Positions 9,462 to 22,257 of a DNA stretch of 64,000 bases are shown here, piece by piece; position 1 is the first letter of the stretch; every line of letters begins with the position of its first letter. A model generated the notes under the pieces. That model did no database searches, had not been told where the DNA came from, and saw only the letters and a list, made by a program, of their open reading frames with translations. This DNA comes from an uncultured Pseudomonadota bacterium (GTDB taxonomy: Bacteria; Pseudomonadota; Gammaproteobacteria; Burkholderiales; SG8-39), in assembly GCA_963834845.1 (NCBI GenBank), contig CAWICY010000004.1, positions 2,848,459-2,912,458 of the forward strand. Direction: 5' to 3'. The position numbers and the translations under genes are program-made.

Positions 9462-11611
9462 ATGGATGCTATGAAGCAACACGAACACCCAACCAAAACT
9501 GAGCCCGAAACCAAGCCGGCGCAAGACGAGGTGGCCAAGAAGGCATACGCCATCTATCTGAAGGAAGGACGTCCGCAAGGACATGCCGACCAGAACTGGC
9601 TGGAGGCGGAAGCCCAGTTGCAGCACGCCGGCGCCGGCCATCCGGACGGCCATGACCACCGCGACCATCATGCCCACATGGCGGCGGATTTCCGGAAGCG
9701 GTTCTGGATCTCGCTCGCCCTGACCCTGCCGATTCTTCTTCTCTCGCCGCTGCTGCAAAGGTTGGTGGGCCTGCGCGAGGCTGTCGGCTTTCCCGGCGAC
9801 CTCTACGTTTTGTTCGGTTTTTCTTCGGCGGTCTTCTGGTATGGCGGCTGGCCGTTCCTCAAAGGCCTGGTCACGGAGCTCAAATCCCGCCAGCCCGGAA
9901 TGATGACGCTGGTCGCCGTCGCCATCGCCACCGCCTATCTCTACAGCAGCGCCGTGGTGTTCGGCCTGACCGGCAAGATGTTCTTCTGGGAGCTGGCCAC
10001 CCTAGTCGACATCATGCTGCTGGGGCACTGGATCGAGATGAAGTCGGTGATGGGCGCCTCGAAGGCCCTGGAGGAGCTGGCCAAACTCATGCCCTCCGAC
10101 GCCCACAAGCTGATGCCCGACGGCAGCGTGAAGGACGTGCCGCTCGGCGAGCTGGCGGTAGATGACAAGGTGCTGATCAAGCCGGGCGAGAAAATCCCTG
10201 CCGACGGTGCCATCGTCGAGGGCGAGAGCTCGGTCAACGAGGCGATGCTCACCGGGGAAGCAACCCCCGTCAGCAAAAAAACGGCGGCAAGGTTATCGGC
10301 GGCTCCATCAACGGCGAAGGCTCGCTGACCATCGAGGTCAAGGGTACCGGCAAGGATTCGTTCCTGTCGCAGGTCATCGACCTCGTGAAACAGGCGCAGG
10401 AAAGCAAATCGAAGACCCAAAACCTCGCCGACACCGCCGCCATGTGGCTCACCGTCATCGCCCTCGGCAGCGGCGCCCTTACCCTGGCGATCTGGCTGGT
10501 CTTCATGAACCACGAGTTCGCGTTCGCCATCGAACGCGCCGTGACCGTGATGGTCATCACCTGTCCGCACGCGTTGGGTCTGGCGGTGCCCCTGGTGGTG
10601 GCCGTGTCCACCGCCCTGGCCGCGAGCAACGGCCTGCTGATTCGCAATCGCGTCGCTTTCGAGGGCGCGCGGAAACTGCAGGCGATCATTTTCGACAAGA
10701 CCGGCACGCTGACCGAGGGCCGCTTCGGCGTGACCGACACACTGCTGCTTGCGCAGGACATCGACGAAGAAACGCTGCGCAAGTACGCGGCCGCCGTCGA
10801 CGCGAATTCCGAACATCCCATCGCCAAGGCCATCGCCGGGTCTTCGGAAGCGAAGCTGCCGGTCGAAAGCTTCAAGGGCATTCCCGGCAAAGGGGCCGAA
10901 GGCCGGGTCGAGGGCAGAGAGGTCAAGGTGGTCAGCCCGGGATACCTGCGCGAACAGAAGATCGACTTCGCCGACCAGCGCGTCGAGCCGCTGCAAGCGC
11001 AGGGCAAGACGGTCGTGTTCGTCCTCGTCGACGGCGAGGTGAAGGGAGCGATTGCCCTGGCGGACATCGTCCGGCCCGAGGCCAAGCAAGCGATCGATGC
11101 CCTCAAGGCGCTCGACATCCGCTGCATGATGCTCACCGGGGATAACAAGGCGACGGCCAAATGGGTCTCCGACCAGATCGGACTGGACGAATACTTCGCC
11201 GAGGTCCTGCCCCAGGACAAAGCCGCCAAAGTGAAAGAGGTCCAATCCCGGGGCGTGCGGGTGGCCATGACGGGCGACGGCGTGAACGACGCCCCGGCGC
11301 TGGCGCAGGCCGATGTGGGCATCGCCATTGGCGCCGGTTCCGATGTGGCGGTCGAAACCGCCGACGTTGTTCTGGTGCGCAGCAATCCGCTGGACGTCGT
11401 GGCCATCGTGCAGCTTTCCCGCGCCACGTATCGCAAGATGATTCAGAACCTTGTCTGGGCCACGGGCTACAACGTCGTCGCCATTCCGCTGGCGGCCGGA
11501 GCGCTTTACGCCTGGGGCGTGCTGCTCACCCCCGCCCTGGGCGCGGCGCTGATGGCCGCGAGCACGGTGATTGTGGCCTTCAACGCGCGACTGCTTAGAC
11601 TGAAGAAATGA
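9462..11611 (+). pseudogene. copB: CopB-type (P1B-3) heavy-metal P-type ATPase, split by a 1-nt frameshift in an A7 run
   Basis: Track ORFs 9408..10328 and 10385..11611 lie in different frames. The protein is continuous (TGEATPVSKK | NGGKVIGGSINGEGSL) if one A is added at 10275-10281. Motifs CPH, DKTGTLT, SEHPIAKAI, GDGVNDAPAL. His-rich N-terminus. Confidence 0.8.
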
Positions 11612-12852
11612 CCGAGCCGTTGGCCACGCACGCCAAGAAAAGGCAAAGACACGGTTGGTTCCGTCTTGACATGTTGCAGCCGCTCGATTGGTTGCTGCTG
11701 GCGGTGCCGGCGGCTTTCGCGATCCGTTATGTTCCGGCCTGGAAGAACGAAACACTGCTTTTCATCATCACGGGCATCGCGATCATTCCGCTGGCCGGTT
11801 GGATGGGCCGTGCGACCGAGCACCTGGGCGCACGCGCCGGACATGGCGTCGGCGGGCTGCTCAACGCCGCCTTCGGCAATGCCGCCGAGCTGATCATCGC
11901 GCTGATGGCTCTATCCAAGGGATTGACCGGAGTGGTCAAAGCCTCCATCACTGGCTCGATCATCGGCAATATTCTCCTGGTGCTCGGCGCCTCGATTCTG
12001 GCCGGCGGGATGCGCTACCCGCGCCAGACGTTCAACCAGACGGCGGCGCGCATTTCCGCGACGTCGCTCAGCCTGGCCGCCATCGGGCTGATCATTCCGA
12101 CGATTTTTCATCTGTCGGCCGATCGGCAGCCGGGCGGCTGGTCGCCGCAAGCCGAGCAGAATCTTTCCATGGCCATCGCTTCCGTGCTCTTTGTCACCTA
12201 TATGCTGTGGCTGGTTTTTGCGTTGATCACGCACAAAAAACTCTTCGCCGGACAAGGGCCCGGCAAAGGCGCGCGCGGCGGGCAAGAGGACGCGGCCTGG
12301 TCTGTCTGGAAGGCCATCACAATTCTGGCCCTGGTGACGGCGCTGGTCGCGTTCATGAGCGAGTTTCTCGTCGGCTCGGTGGAGGCGGCCCGTGAAAGCC
12401 TCGGGCTGACCGAAGTGTTCGTCGGCGTCATCATTGTGGCGATCATCGGCAACGCGGCCGAGCATTCCACTGCCGTGTCGGTTGCGCTCAAGAACAAGAT
12501 GGACTTGAGCCTGGGCATTGCCATCGGCTCGAGCCTGCAAATCGCGCTGTTCGTCACGCCGGTGCTTGTTTTCGCCTCCTACCTGTTTGGCCGGCCGATG
12601 AACCTGGAGTTTTCGCTCCCGGAGATCGCGGCTGTCGCGCTGGCCGTCTGGATCGTAGTCGAGATCAGCGGCGACGGGGAATGCAACTGGCTGGAAGGCG
12701 TGCAGCTTCTTTCCGTGTACCTCATCATCGCGATTCTGTTTTTCTTCCTGCCGGAGCCTGTACACGTGCAGAACGGAAGGTCGGGCACGGCGAGCCCGAG
12801 CGCGATCGGCCAAACCAACCCAGCGCCAAGTCGGATCAAGAACTGCTGCTGA
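11608..12852 (+). CDS. Ca2+/H+ exchanger, CAX family
   Basis: Multi-TM protein with the two signature repeats [10 protein letters not shown] and [10 protein letters not shown]. The ATGA overlaps the copB stop. Confidence 0.85.
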   Translation: MTEPLATHAKKRQRHGWFRLDMLQPLDWLLLAVPAAFAIRYVPAWKNETLLFIITGIAIIPLAGWMGRATEHLGARAGHGVGGLLNAAFGNAAELIIALMALSKGLTGVVKASITGSIIGNILLVLGASILAGGMRYPRQTFNQTAARISATSLSLAAIGLIIPTIFHLSADRQPGGWSPQAEQNLSMAIASVLFVTYMLWLVFALITHKKLFAGQGPGKGARGGQEDAAWSVWKAITILALVTALVAFMSEFLVGSVEAARESLGLTEVFVGVIIVAIIGNAAEHSTAVSVALKNKMDLSLGIAIGSSLQIALFVTPVLVFASYLFGRPMNLEFSLPEIAAVALAVWIVVEISGDGECNWLEGVQLLSVYLIIAILFFFLPEPVHVQNGRSGTASPSAIGQTNPAPSRIKNCC

Positions 12853-12858
12853 GAGTTG

Positions 12859-12883
12859 CTCAGTCGGCATACCGCCGACTCAG
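12859..12883 (+). terminator. putative hairpin terminator after the CAX gene
   Basis: CTCAGTCGGC-ATACC-GCCGACTCAG. 9 of 10 stem positions pair. Followed by TTCGTCGTC, a weak U tract. Confidence 0.4.
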
Positions 12884-13030
12884 TTCGTCGTCAGTCGCTT
12901 GTCAGTTCAAGGGCCAGGCCAATCCGGGCCTATGTACGCCATCGCACTGAACAGGCCGTCCGTTCGGCGTATCAAGAGCCTTGTAGTGAACGCAATGTTT
13001 TGAAATCTCCGATTCGAAGGAGAAGGACAA

Positions 13031-13864
13031 ATGTTACGCAGCATGAAGGATCTGGCGGACTACGCCATCCGCGCGACCGACGGCATCATCGGCCACGTGA
13101 AGGATTTCTATTTCGACGACGAAGCGTGGGTCATCCGCTACCTCGTTGTCGAAACCGGCAGCTGGCTTTCGAGTCGAAAGGTGCTGATCTCGCCGATCGC
13201 GATCGGTCGCCCGAACTGGGCCGAAAAGGTACTGCCCGTGTCGATCACGAAGGAGCAGGTGAAGAACAGCCCCCACATCGACACCGAGAAGCCGGTCTCG
13301 CGCCAGCACGAAATGCGCTATCTCGGGTACTACGGCTATCCGTCCTATTGGGGCGGTACCGGGCTCTGGGGCGGAGGCGCTTACCCGAGCATGATGATGA
13401 CAGGCTACGGCGGCTTCGTTGCGACGCCGCATGCCGCACGTCCGGAAGCGCAGGAAGCTTACGCACGCGCTGAAGCGGCGCGACACCGGGACGACGACGT
13501 CCATCTGCGCAGTTGCAAGGCGGTAGTGGGCTATCACATCGAGGCGACCGATGGTGACATCGGCCACGTCCAGGGCCTGCTCGTCGATGAGGAGATCTGG
13601 GCCATCCGATACATGGTTGTGGACACGAGCAACTGGTGGCTCGGTCACAAGGTGCTCGTCGCGCCGCCATGGATCAAGGAGGTGAGCTGGCCCGACGCCA
13701 CCGTCTCGGTCGATCTGACCCGGCAGGCGGTGAAAGACGCCCCGCCGTACGACCCGGCGGTGCAGCTGGATCGAAAGCAGGAAACGGGCATCTACGAACA
13801 CTACGGCCGTCCCGGCTATTGGGCGGCCGAGGGGAAACGTGAAGCCGCAACATCACACCATTAG
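13031..13864 (+). CDS. PRC-barrel domain protein (two PRC barrels)
   Basis: Repeated (I/V)xATDGxIGHVxxxxxDxExWxIRYxVV modules separated by a G/Y/W-rich linker. Confidence 0.75.
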   Translation: MLRSMKDLADYAIRATDGIIGHVKDFYFDDEAWVIRYLVVETGSWLSSRKVLISPIAIGRPNWAEKVLPVSITKEQVKNSPHIDTEKPVSRQHEMRYLGYYGYPSYWGGTGLWGGGAYPSMMMTGYGGFVATPHAARPEAQEAYARAEAARHRDDDVHLRSCKAVVGYHIEATDGDIGHVQGLLVDEEIWAIRYMVVDTSNWWLGHKVLVAPPWIKEVSWPDATVSVDLTRQAVKDAPPYDPAVQLDRKQETGIYEHYGRPGYWAAEGKREAATSHH

Positions 13865-13876
13865 GTCCACGTCAGA

Positions 13877-14062
13877 ATGAAACCCTTCGCCGCGTTGGCA
13901 GTCCTCGTTTTCTCGCTCGTCGCGTTGCTGCAATTGCTGCGCGTCTTTTTTGGATGGGAAGTCACGGTGAATGGCTTCTTCGTTCCGCTTTGGGCGAGTG
14001 TCATCGCTTGCCTGGTTGCGGCGGCGCTTGCATTCGCGCTCTGGCGTGAAACGCGCACATGA
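13877..14062 (+). CDS. small two-helix membrane protein, unknown function
   Basis: 61 aa with two hydrophobic helices, starting 13 nt after the PRC-barrel gene. Confidence 0.45.
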   Translation: MKPFAALAVLVFSLVALLQLLRVFFGWEVTVNGFFVPLWASVIACLVAAALAFALWRETRT

Positions 14063-14089
14063 GCGTTCTGGCTTTGAGGCAGCATCGTT

Positions 14090-14470
14090 CGAACTGGGTT
14101 GTTCGTTGCCCTGCGTCCTGACGATCAATGGCGGCTCGATGGGAGGATCGATCGCATCGGCTTGCGCGGTACGAATTTGATTCAGCGGATGGTGAACCAC
14201 GAATCCGGGCTGCTCGGAGTCTCCGGATTTGTGCCCGAGTTCGAGCGACTCGAGATAAGCGGGGAATAGAAGTGGCGGCACGGCATGGCAACGTTCTGCA
14301 AGCCGTTTGCGGAAGCGACGGTCCGATACTTCGATCACGCCGACGACGGTAAGGCGCGGACGTAGTTGGCCGAAACGTAGTCGCTTCGCCCTCGATCGGC
14401 TGATCGAGCACAAGCAGTACGTCGATAAGCGCGGCCAGGCCATGTTGGAAATCCAAGCCTGGACATGGAA
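14090..14470 (+). pseudogene. decayed remnants of acetate kinase and phosphoketolase genes
   Basis: 14177-14227 translates to LIQRMVNHESGLLGVSG (AckA N-x-x-SGLLG-SG motif), followed by stops and frame changes. 14394-14468 translates to DRLIEHKQYVDKRGQAMLEIQAWTW. Compare the C-terminus of the intact Xfp at 25530..27896, [24 protein letters not shown]. Confidence 0.6.
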
Positions 14471-15486
14471 TCGGTACAAGAGACATCGATGACAGTATCG
14501 TCGGCCGCATACATATTCGTCTTATGCGTTGTCTTGATGACGATATCGAGCTTCATTCTCAGCGGGAGCCTTGAAACGCTCAAAATGCGTTTCCATGTGT
14601 CCGGGGGACTACTCGGCATGCTTGCTGCGCTAGGCGCGGCCACCCCTGAGATTTCATCCGCAGTCACCGCTTTATTCGTCAAGCAGCATGATGTTGGCGT
14701 GGGCATCATCATCGGCTCAAACATCTTTAACCTGGCCGCCTTATTGGGGCTGTGCGCATTGCTTGCGGGGAAACTGCCGCTAAGAAGGCAGGCCATGATA
14801 TTCAATGGCGCGATTTCGATCATCGTAACCCTGGTGCTGATTTTGTTGGTCTTCGGACTAATTTCAGCGCCGCTCAGTGTCGTGCTATTGGTGTTTTTGC
14901 TGGTTCCGTATGCGATCGTTTCGGGGCTGCAACCCCGTCAAATGAAACGATGGAAGCTGCCTGCAGCAATCCGCACCTTTTTGACCGAGGCGTTCGCTTC
15001 CACCCGCCAAACTTTAGAGGAACGCAAACCGGCCGTGCCGAAATCATGGTCCTGGGCATGGATGGGAGGGGCTGCGCTTATCGTCATCGTTGTCACTTGC
15101 ATGGGAATGGTTCGTTCCGCAATTTTTTTGAGCGACGCGTGGGGACTGAACAAAACCATCCTGGGCGTGCTTGTCCTTGCCGTTTTCACCGGTATCCCCG
15201 ATGTCATAACCGCCGTTAAGCTGGCCCTGGATGGCAGGGGCATTGCCGTCATGAGCGAAGCGCTGAACAGCAATACCTTGAATATCCTGTTTGGAATTTG
15301 CGTTCCTGCCACGGTGTTTGGCCTCGGCTCCCTGGCAGGGCAGACCATTTTTTCAGTGGGGTGGCTTTTAAGCATCACAGTAGTCAATCTATTCTTTCTA
15401 TATCTTAGGAAAGGATTCACCAGGATGAGCGGGGCAACTAGCGTCGGCTTGTATGTCATGTTTGCCAGTGTCGTGGTTGGCTGGAA

Positions 15487-15490
<4 letters not shown>
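14465..15490 (+). CDS. Na+/Ca2+ exchanger family membrane protein (YrbG/NCX-like)
   Basis: About 10 TM helices. Alpha-repeat motifs GSNIFNL and NSNTLNILFG. The true start may be the ATG at 14489. G+C is visibly lower than in the flanks. Confidence 0.7.
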
Positions 15491-17992
<2,502 letters not shown>

Positions 17993-18000
<8 letters not shown>

Positions 18001-18331
18001 AGAACCGGAAGGGAAACCCGCCGCGGGCGCGACGGAATTCAGTCAGCAGGTGGGCGCAAAGGCGGCGCGCAAGCTCAAGGCGCAACGTCATGTCACGCAG
18101 ACCGTCTGGTCCGGCCTGGGCATGATGGGACTGGTGGGCTGGTCGGTGGCGGTGCCGACGCTGCTCGGCGCGGCACTCGGGCTTTGGCTGGACAAGCACC
18201 ATCCGGGGGGGCATTCCTGGACACTCTTGCTGCTGGCCATCGGCTTGGCGTTGGGTTGCTTCAATGCGTGGCATTGGGTGGCCAAGGAAGACAGGGAAAT
18301 CCACGAGCAGGAAGGAAATAACCATGAATGA
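17993..18331 (+). CDS. atpQ: AtpQ (AtpI/AtpZ-like small membrane subunit of N-ATPases)
   Basis: 112 aa with two TM helices. Sits between epsilon and AtpR, as in N-ATPase operons. Confidence 0.7.
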
Positions 18332-18638
18332 ACCCTTGAGCCTGGCGTTCGCTTTGGTAGCGGGTGCTTTGCTCGGAGCGATGTTTTACGGCGGTCTCTG
18401 GTGGACGGTGCGTCGGGGCGTTTCGTCCAAGCGGGCGTCGCTCTGGTTTCTCGGCAGCCTGTTGCTGCGCATGGGTCTTGCGCTCACCGGCTTTTACTTT
18501 GTCTCGGGCGGTCATTGGCAGCGGCTGCTGCTTTGTCTCCTCGGATTTGTCCTAGCGCGCCTCGCCGTGACCTGGCTGACGCGGGCGCGGGCAGAGAACC
18601 GGTCGCCACAGGCCCTGGAGGGCCGTCATGCGTCTTAG
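18324..18638 (+). CDS. atpR: AtpR (N-ATPase-specific membrane subunit)
   Basis: ATG at 18324 overlaps the atpQ stop. GGLWWTVRRG motif and three hydrophobic helices. Confidence 0.7.
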   Translation: MNEPLSLAFALVAGALLGAMFYGGLWWTVRRGVSSKRASLWFLGSLLLRMGLALTGFYFVSGGHWQRLLLCLLGFVLARLAVTWLTRARAENRSPQALEGRHAS

Positions 18639-19374
18639 CCCCGACGGCATCATCTTTTGGCAACATGGGTTTCTCAAACTCAATGCCACCATCGCGTTCA
18701 CCTGGGGATTGATGTTCGTGCTGAGCGTCGGTTCAAAACTCGTCACGCGCAAACTCTCCACGGGTCTGGCGCGTTCGCGCTGGCAGAATCTGCTGGAAAT
18801 CGTCGTCACCGCCATCAACGGGCAAATCGCAGAGGTCGGCCTGCGGCAGCCGGAGAAATATCTCGGCTTTCTGGGTAGCCTGTTCCTGTTTGTCGCAATG
18901 GCGAGCATCTTCACCATCATTCCCGGCTATGAGCCGCCGACCGGTTCGCTCTCGACCACCGCGGCGCTGGCGATCTGCGTGTTTGTGGCGGTGCCGATGT
19001 TCGGGATCGAGGATCGCGGACTCGGCGGATACCTCAAAGCCTACTTGAAACCGACGGCCATCATGCTGCCGTTTAACATCATCAGCGAACTCTCGCGCAC
19101 CCTGGCCCTGGCGGTCCGTCTGTTCGGCAACATGATGAGCGGGACGATGATTCTCGCGATTTTGCTGACCATCACGCCCTTCATCTTCCCGATCGCCATG
19201 AGTGCGCTCGGCCTGCTGACCGGCATGGTGCAAGCTTACATCTTCTTCATTCTGGCCACGGTGTACGTCGCGGCTGCGACGCGTGTACGCAAGCCGGAAG
19301 CCAAAGCCGAGCCCAAGCCGGAGCCCGAGGCCTCAAGCAAGACGCCAACTACGAAGAGGACGCACCATGGATAG
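18628..19374 (+). CDS. atpB: N-type ATPase a subunit
   Basis: Conserved stator arginine region LAVRLFGNMMSG. K/P/E-rich C-terminal tail. Confidence 0.85.
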   Translation: MRLSPDGIIFWQHGFLKLNATIAFTWGLMFVLSVGSKLVTRKLSTGLARSRWQNLLEIVVTAINGQIAEVGLRQPEKYLGFLGSLFLFVAMASIFTIIPGYEPPTGSLSTTAALAICVFVAVPMFGIEDRGLGGYLKAYLKPTAIMLPFNIISELSRTLALAVRLFGNMMSGTMILAILLTITPFIFPIAMSALGLLTGMVQAYIFFILATVYVAAATRVRKPEAKAEPKPEPEASSKTPTTKRTHHG

Positions 19375-19648
19375 CATGACGCTCATCGCAATCGCTTCAA
19401 TCGTCGCCGCCGGCATGACGATCGCAGTGGGGAGCATCGGACCCGCGCTCGGCGAAGGGCGTGCGGTCGCCACCGCCTTAACTTCGCTGGCGCAGCAGCC
19501 CGATGCCGCCACGACGATCACACGAACCTTGTTCGTGGGCCTGGCAATGATCGAGTCCATTGCGATTTACTGCTTCGTGGTCTCGATGATTCTGATTTTC
19601 GCCAACCCGTTCTGGAACCACGTCATTGCCGGTGCGGCTGGAAAATGA
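19367..19648 (+). CDS. atpE: N-type ATPase c subunit
   Basis: 93-aa hairpin protein. GPALGEG in helix 1 and MIESIAIY in helix 2. Confidence 0.85.
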   Translation: MDSMTLIAIASIVAAGMTIAVGSIGPALGEGRAVATALTSLAQQPDAATTITRTLFVGLAMIESIAIYCFVVSMILIFANPFWNHVIAGAAGK

Positions 19649-19651
19649 GTC

Positions 19652-20644
19652 ATGCTGATCGACTGGTTTACTGTCCTTGCGCAGGTCGTCAACTTCCTCA
19701 TTCTCGTGTGGTTGCTGAAGCGCTTTCTCTACCGGCCCATTCTCGACGCCATCGACGCGCGTGAAAAGCGGATCGCCAAGGAGCTCGCGGACGCCGATGC
19801 GAAAAAGGCCGAAGCGCTAAAGGAGCGCGATGAATTCCAGCACAAGAACGAGGCGTTCGACCGGCAGCGCGCCGCGCTCCTGAGCAAGGCGACGGACGAG
19901 GCTACGGTGGAACGTCAGCGGCTCCTCGACGAAGCGCGGAAAGCAGCCGATGCCCTGAGTGCGAAGCGACTGGAAGCGCTGAGAATGGAGCAGCAAAGTC
20001 TGAGCCAGGCGCTCAGCCATCGGGCGCGCGAGGAGGTGTTTGCGATTGCGCGCAAGGCGCTGGCCGATCTCGCGACGACAAGTTTGGAAGAACGCATGGG
20101 GGAGGTGTTCACCCGCCGCCTGCGCGAGATGGACGACAAGGCGAAAACGAGCCTTGGCGAGGCCCTTAAGTCGGCGTCTGCCCCCGGGCTCGTGCGCAGC
20201 GCGTTTGACCTGCCTGCGGAGCAGCGCGCAGGCATTCAAAACGCGCTCAACGAAACCTTCTCGGCCGATATCCGCCTTCGATTCGAGACCGCGCCGGACT
20301 TGGTCAGCGGGATCGAACTCACCACGAATGGACATAAGGTGGGGTGGAGCATCGCGGATTATCTGGCGTCGCTGGAAGAGAATGTCGATGAATTTCTGAC
20401 GGCGAAGGACAAAGCTGAACCCCAAGCAAAGAAGCCGTCCGACTTGACAAGGCAGATCGGCAAGCGAGCCTATGCGCTCTACGAAGCGCACGGCCGCAAG
20501 GAGGGGCTGGCAGATCAGGACTGGGAGAAAGCGGAGCGCGAGATTCGGAAAGAGATTCTCAAGCCCGTCAAAGGCGAGCCTGCTCCCGACGCCAAAGCTG
20601 AGCCTGCATCGGAAGAACCGAAGTCCGAAGCAAAGGGCCCATGA
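19652..20644 (+). CDS. atpF: N-type ATPase b subunit with delta-like domain and DUF2934-like C-terminal module
   Basis: N-terminal TM helix plus coiled coil. 20189-20386 resembles the OSCP/delta C-terminal domain. 20462-20545 encodes [28 protein letters not shown]. Confidence 0.8.
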   Translation: MLIDWFTVLAQVVNFLILVWLLKRFLYRPILDAIDAREKRIAKELADADAKKAEALKERDEFQHKNEAFDRQRAALLSKATDEATVERQRLLDEARKAADALSAKRLEALRMEQQSLSQALSHRAREEVFAIARKALADLATTSLEERMGEVFTRRLREMDDKAKTSLGEALKSASAPGLVRSAFDLPAEQRAGIQNALNETFSADIRLRFETAPDLVSGIELTTNGHKVGWSIADYLASLEENVDEFLTAKDKAEPQAKKPSDLTRQIGKRAYALYEAHGRKEGLADQDWEKAEREIRKEILKPVKGEPAPDAKAEPASEEPKSEAKGP

Positions 20645-22257
20645 ACATGGAACCTGCTGAGGGTCTGCAGAAGGTTTTCGACAGCGCGTTTGCGGGTATG
20701 CGCGAAGCGAGGGAGGCCTTCGTGCCGCATCTCGCGCCACGGGAAGTGGGCACGATTACCAGCATCGCCACCGGGATTGCCGTGGTGTCCGGGCTTCCCG
20801 GCGTGGGCTTTGATGAATTGGTCAGGTTTCCCGGCGATGTGCTCGGCATTGCGTTCAACGTGGACTCGGATGAGATTGGCGTTGTTCTGCTTGGTGAATA
20901 TTGGCATCTCCAGACAGGAGATGAAGTCCAGCGCACCGGCCGGGTCATGGACGTGGCCGTGGGCCAGGGATTGCTGGGGCGCGTCATCGACCCCCTTGGC
21001 CGGCCGCTCGACGGCAACGGTGCGCTGGCTGCCAGCGAGCGCCTGCCGATCGAGCGCCCCGCCCCGCCCATCATGGACCGCGCACCGGTCACAGTGCCGC
21101 TACAAACCGGCCTCAAGGTCATCGATGCGCTGATTCCCATCGGCCGCGGCCAGCGCGAGCTGATTCTCGGCGACCGTCAGACGGGCAAGAGCGCCATCGC
21201 GATCGACACCATCCTCAACCAGCGGGGCAAGGATGTCCTGTGCGTGTATTGCGCCATCGGCCAGCGCGGGTCCGCCGTGGCGAAGGCCGTGGCGAGCTTG
21301 CGGGAAAAGGGCGCGATGGATTACACCGTCCTCGTCGTGACCGAGGGCAACGACCCGCCGGGTCTCGCTTTCATCGCGCCTTACGCCGCGACCAGCATCG
21401 CCGAGTCTTTCATGGAAGCGGGCCGGGATGTGCTGATCGTGTACGACGACCTCACCCATCATGCGCGCGCCTATCGCGAGCTGTCTCTGCTGCTGCGCCG
21501 TCCGCCCGGCCGCGAAGCGTTTCCCGGCGACATCTTCTACATCCACGCGCGGCTGCTGGAGCGCGCCACGCGCTTGCGCAAGGAACTCGGCGGCGGCTCG
21601 CTGACTGCGTTGCCCATCATCGAAACCGAAGCGCAGAACATTTCCGCCTACATCCCGACCAACCTGATTTCCATCACCGATGGGCAGATCTACCTCTCGC
21701 CGTCGCTGTTCGAATTGGGCGTGCTGCCCGCGGTCGACGTAGGCAAATCGGTTTCGCGCGTCGGCGGCAAGGCGCAGCGCGCGGCCTACCGCGCGGTGGC
21801 GGGCGACCTCAAGCTCGCCTACGCGCAGTTCGAGGAACTCGAGACCTTTGCCCGGTTCGGCGCCCGCCTGGATGAAAACACGCGCCAGATCATCGAGCAC
21901 GGGCGCCGTATTCGCTCCTGCCTCAAGCAGCCGGAATTCGCCCCCGTGTCCGTGCCCGCACAAATCGCCATTCTGCTGGCGTTGACCGAGAAGCTGTTCG
22001 ACGCGGTGCCGCTTGAGCAGATGACGGACGCGGAGCAAGCTTTACGCGAGGCGGCGGCGAACATCCCGGCGGAGGTGTGCGCGCGATTCGAAACCGCCGA
22101 CAAGCTGAGCGATGAGGATCGCAAGTCGATTGTCGACATCGCTCGCCAGGCGCTCGCCCGTTTCCAGCCCAAGCCCGAATCGAAACCCGAACCCGAGGTC
22201 GAACCCGAGCCGGGAACTAAACCGAAGCCCGCGGCCGAGGCCGACGACAAGTCATGA
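20641..22257 (+). CDS. atpA: N-type ATPase alpha subunit with low-complexity tail
   Basis: GDRQTGKS Walker A. ATGA overlap with atp[22 protein letters not shown] tail. Confidence 0.9.
   Translation: MNMEPAEGLQKVFDSAFAGMREAREAFVPHLAPREVGTITSIATGIAVVSGLPGVGFDELVRFPGDVLGIAFNVDSDEIGVVLLGEYWHLQTGDEVQRTGRVMDVAVGQGLLGRVIDPLGRPLDGNGALAASERLPIERPAPPIMDRAPVTVPLQTGLKVIDALIPIGRGQRELILGDRQTGKSAIAIDTILNQRGKDVLCVYCAIGQRGSAVAKAVASLREKGAMDYTVLVVTEGNDPPGLAFIAPYAATSIAESFMEAGRDVLIVYDDLTHHARAYRELSLLLRRPPGREAFPGDIFYIHARLLERATRLRKELGGGSLTALPIIETEAQNISAYIPTNLISITDGQIYLSPSLFELGVLPAVDVGKSVSRVGGKAQRAAYRAVAGDLKLAYAQFEELETFARFGARLDENTRQIIEHGRRIRSCLKQPEFAPVSVPAQIAILLALTEKLFDAVPLEQMTDAEQALREAAANIPAEVCARFETADKLSDEDRKSIVDIARQALARFQPKPESKPEPEVEPEPGTKPKPAAEADDKS

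Noticed and set aside
10275-10281. Programmed -1 ribosomal frameshift or transcriptional slippage as the normal way to express CopB.
   Set aside because: It is mechanistically possible on A AAA AAA. However, a second gene is broken in a G7 run and a third needs one added base, so homopolymer deletion error is the simpler explanation. It is kept as a finding that needs read-level verification, not as a claim.
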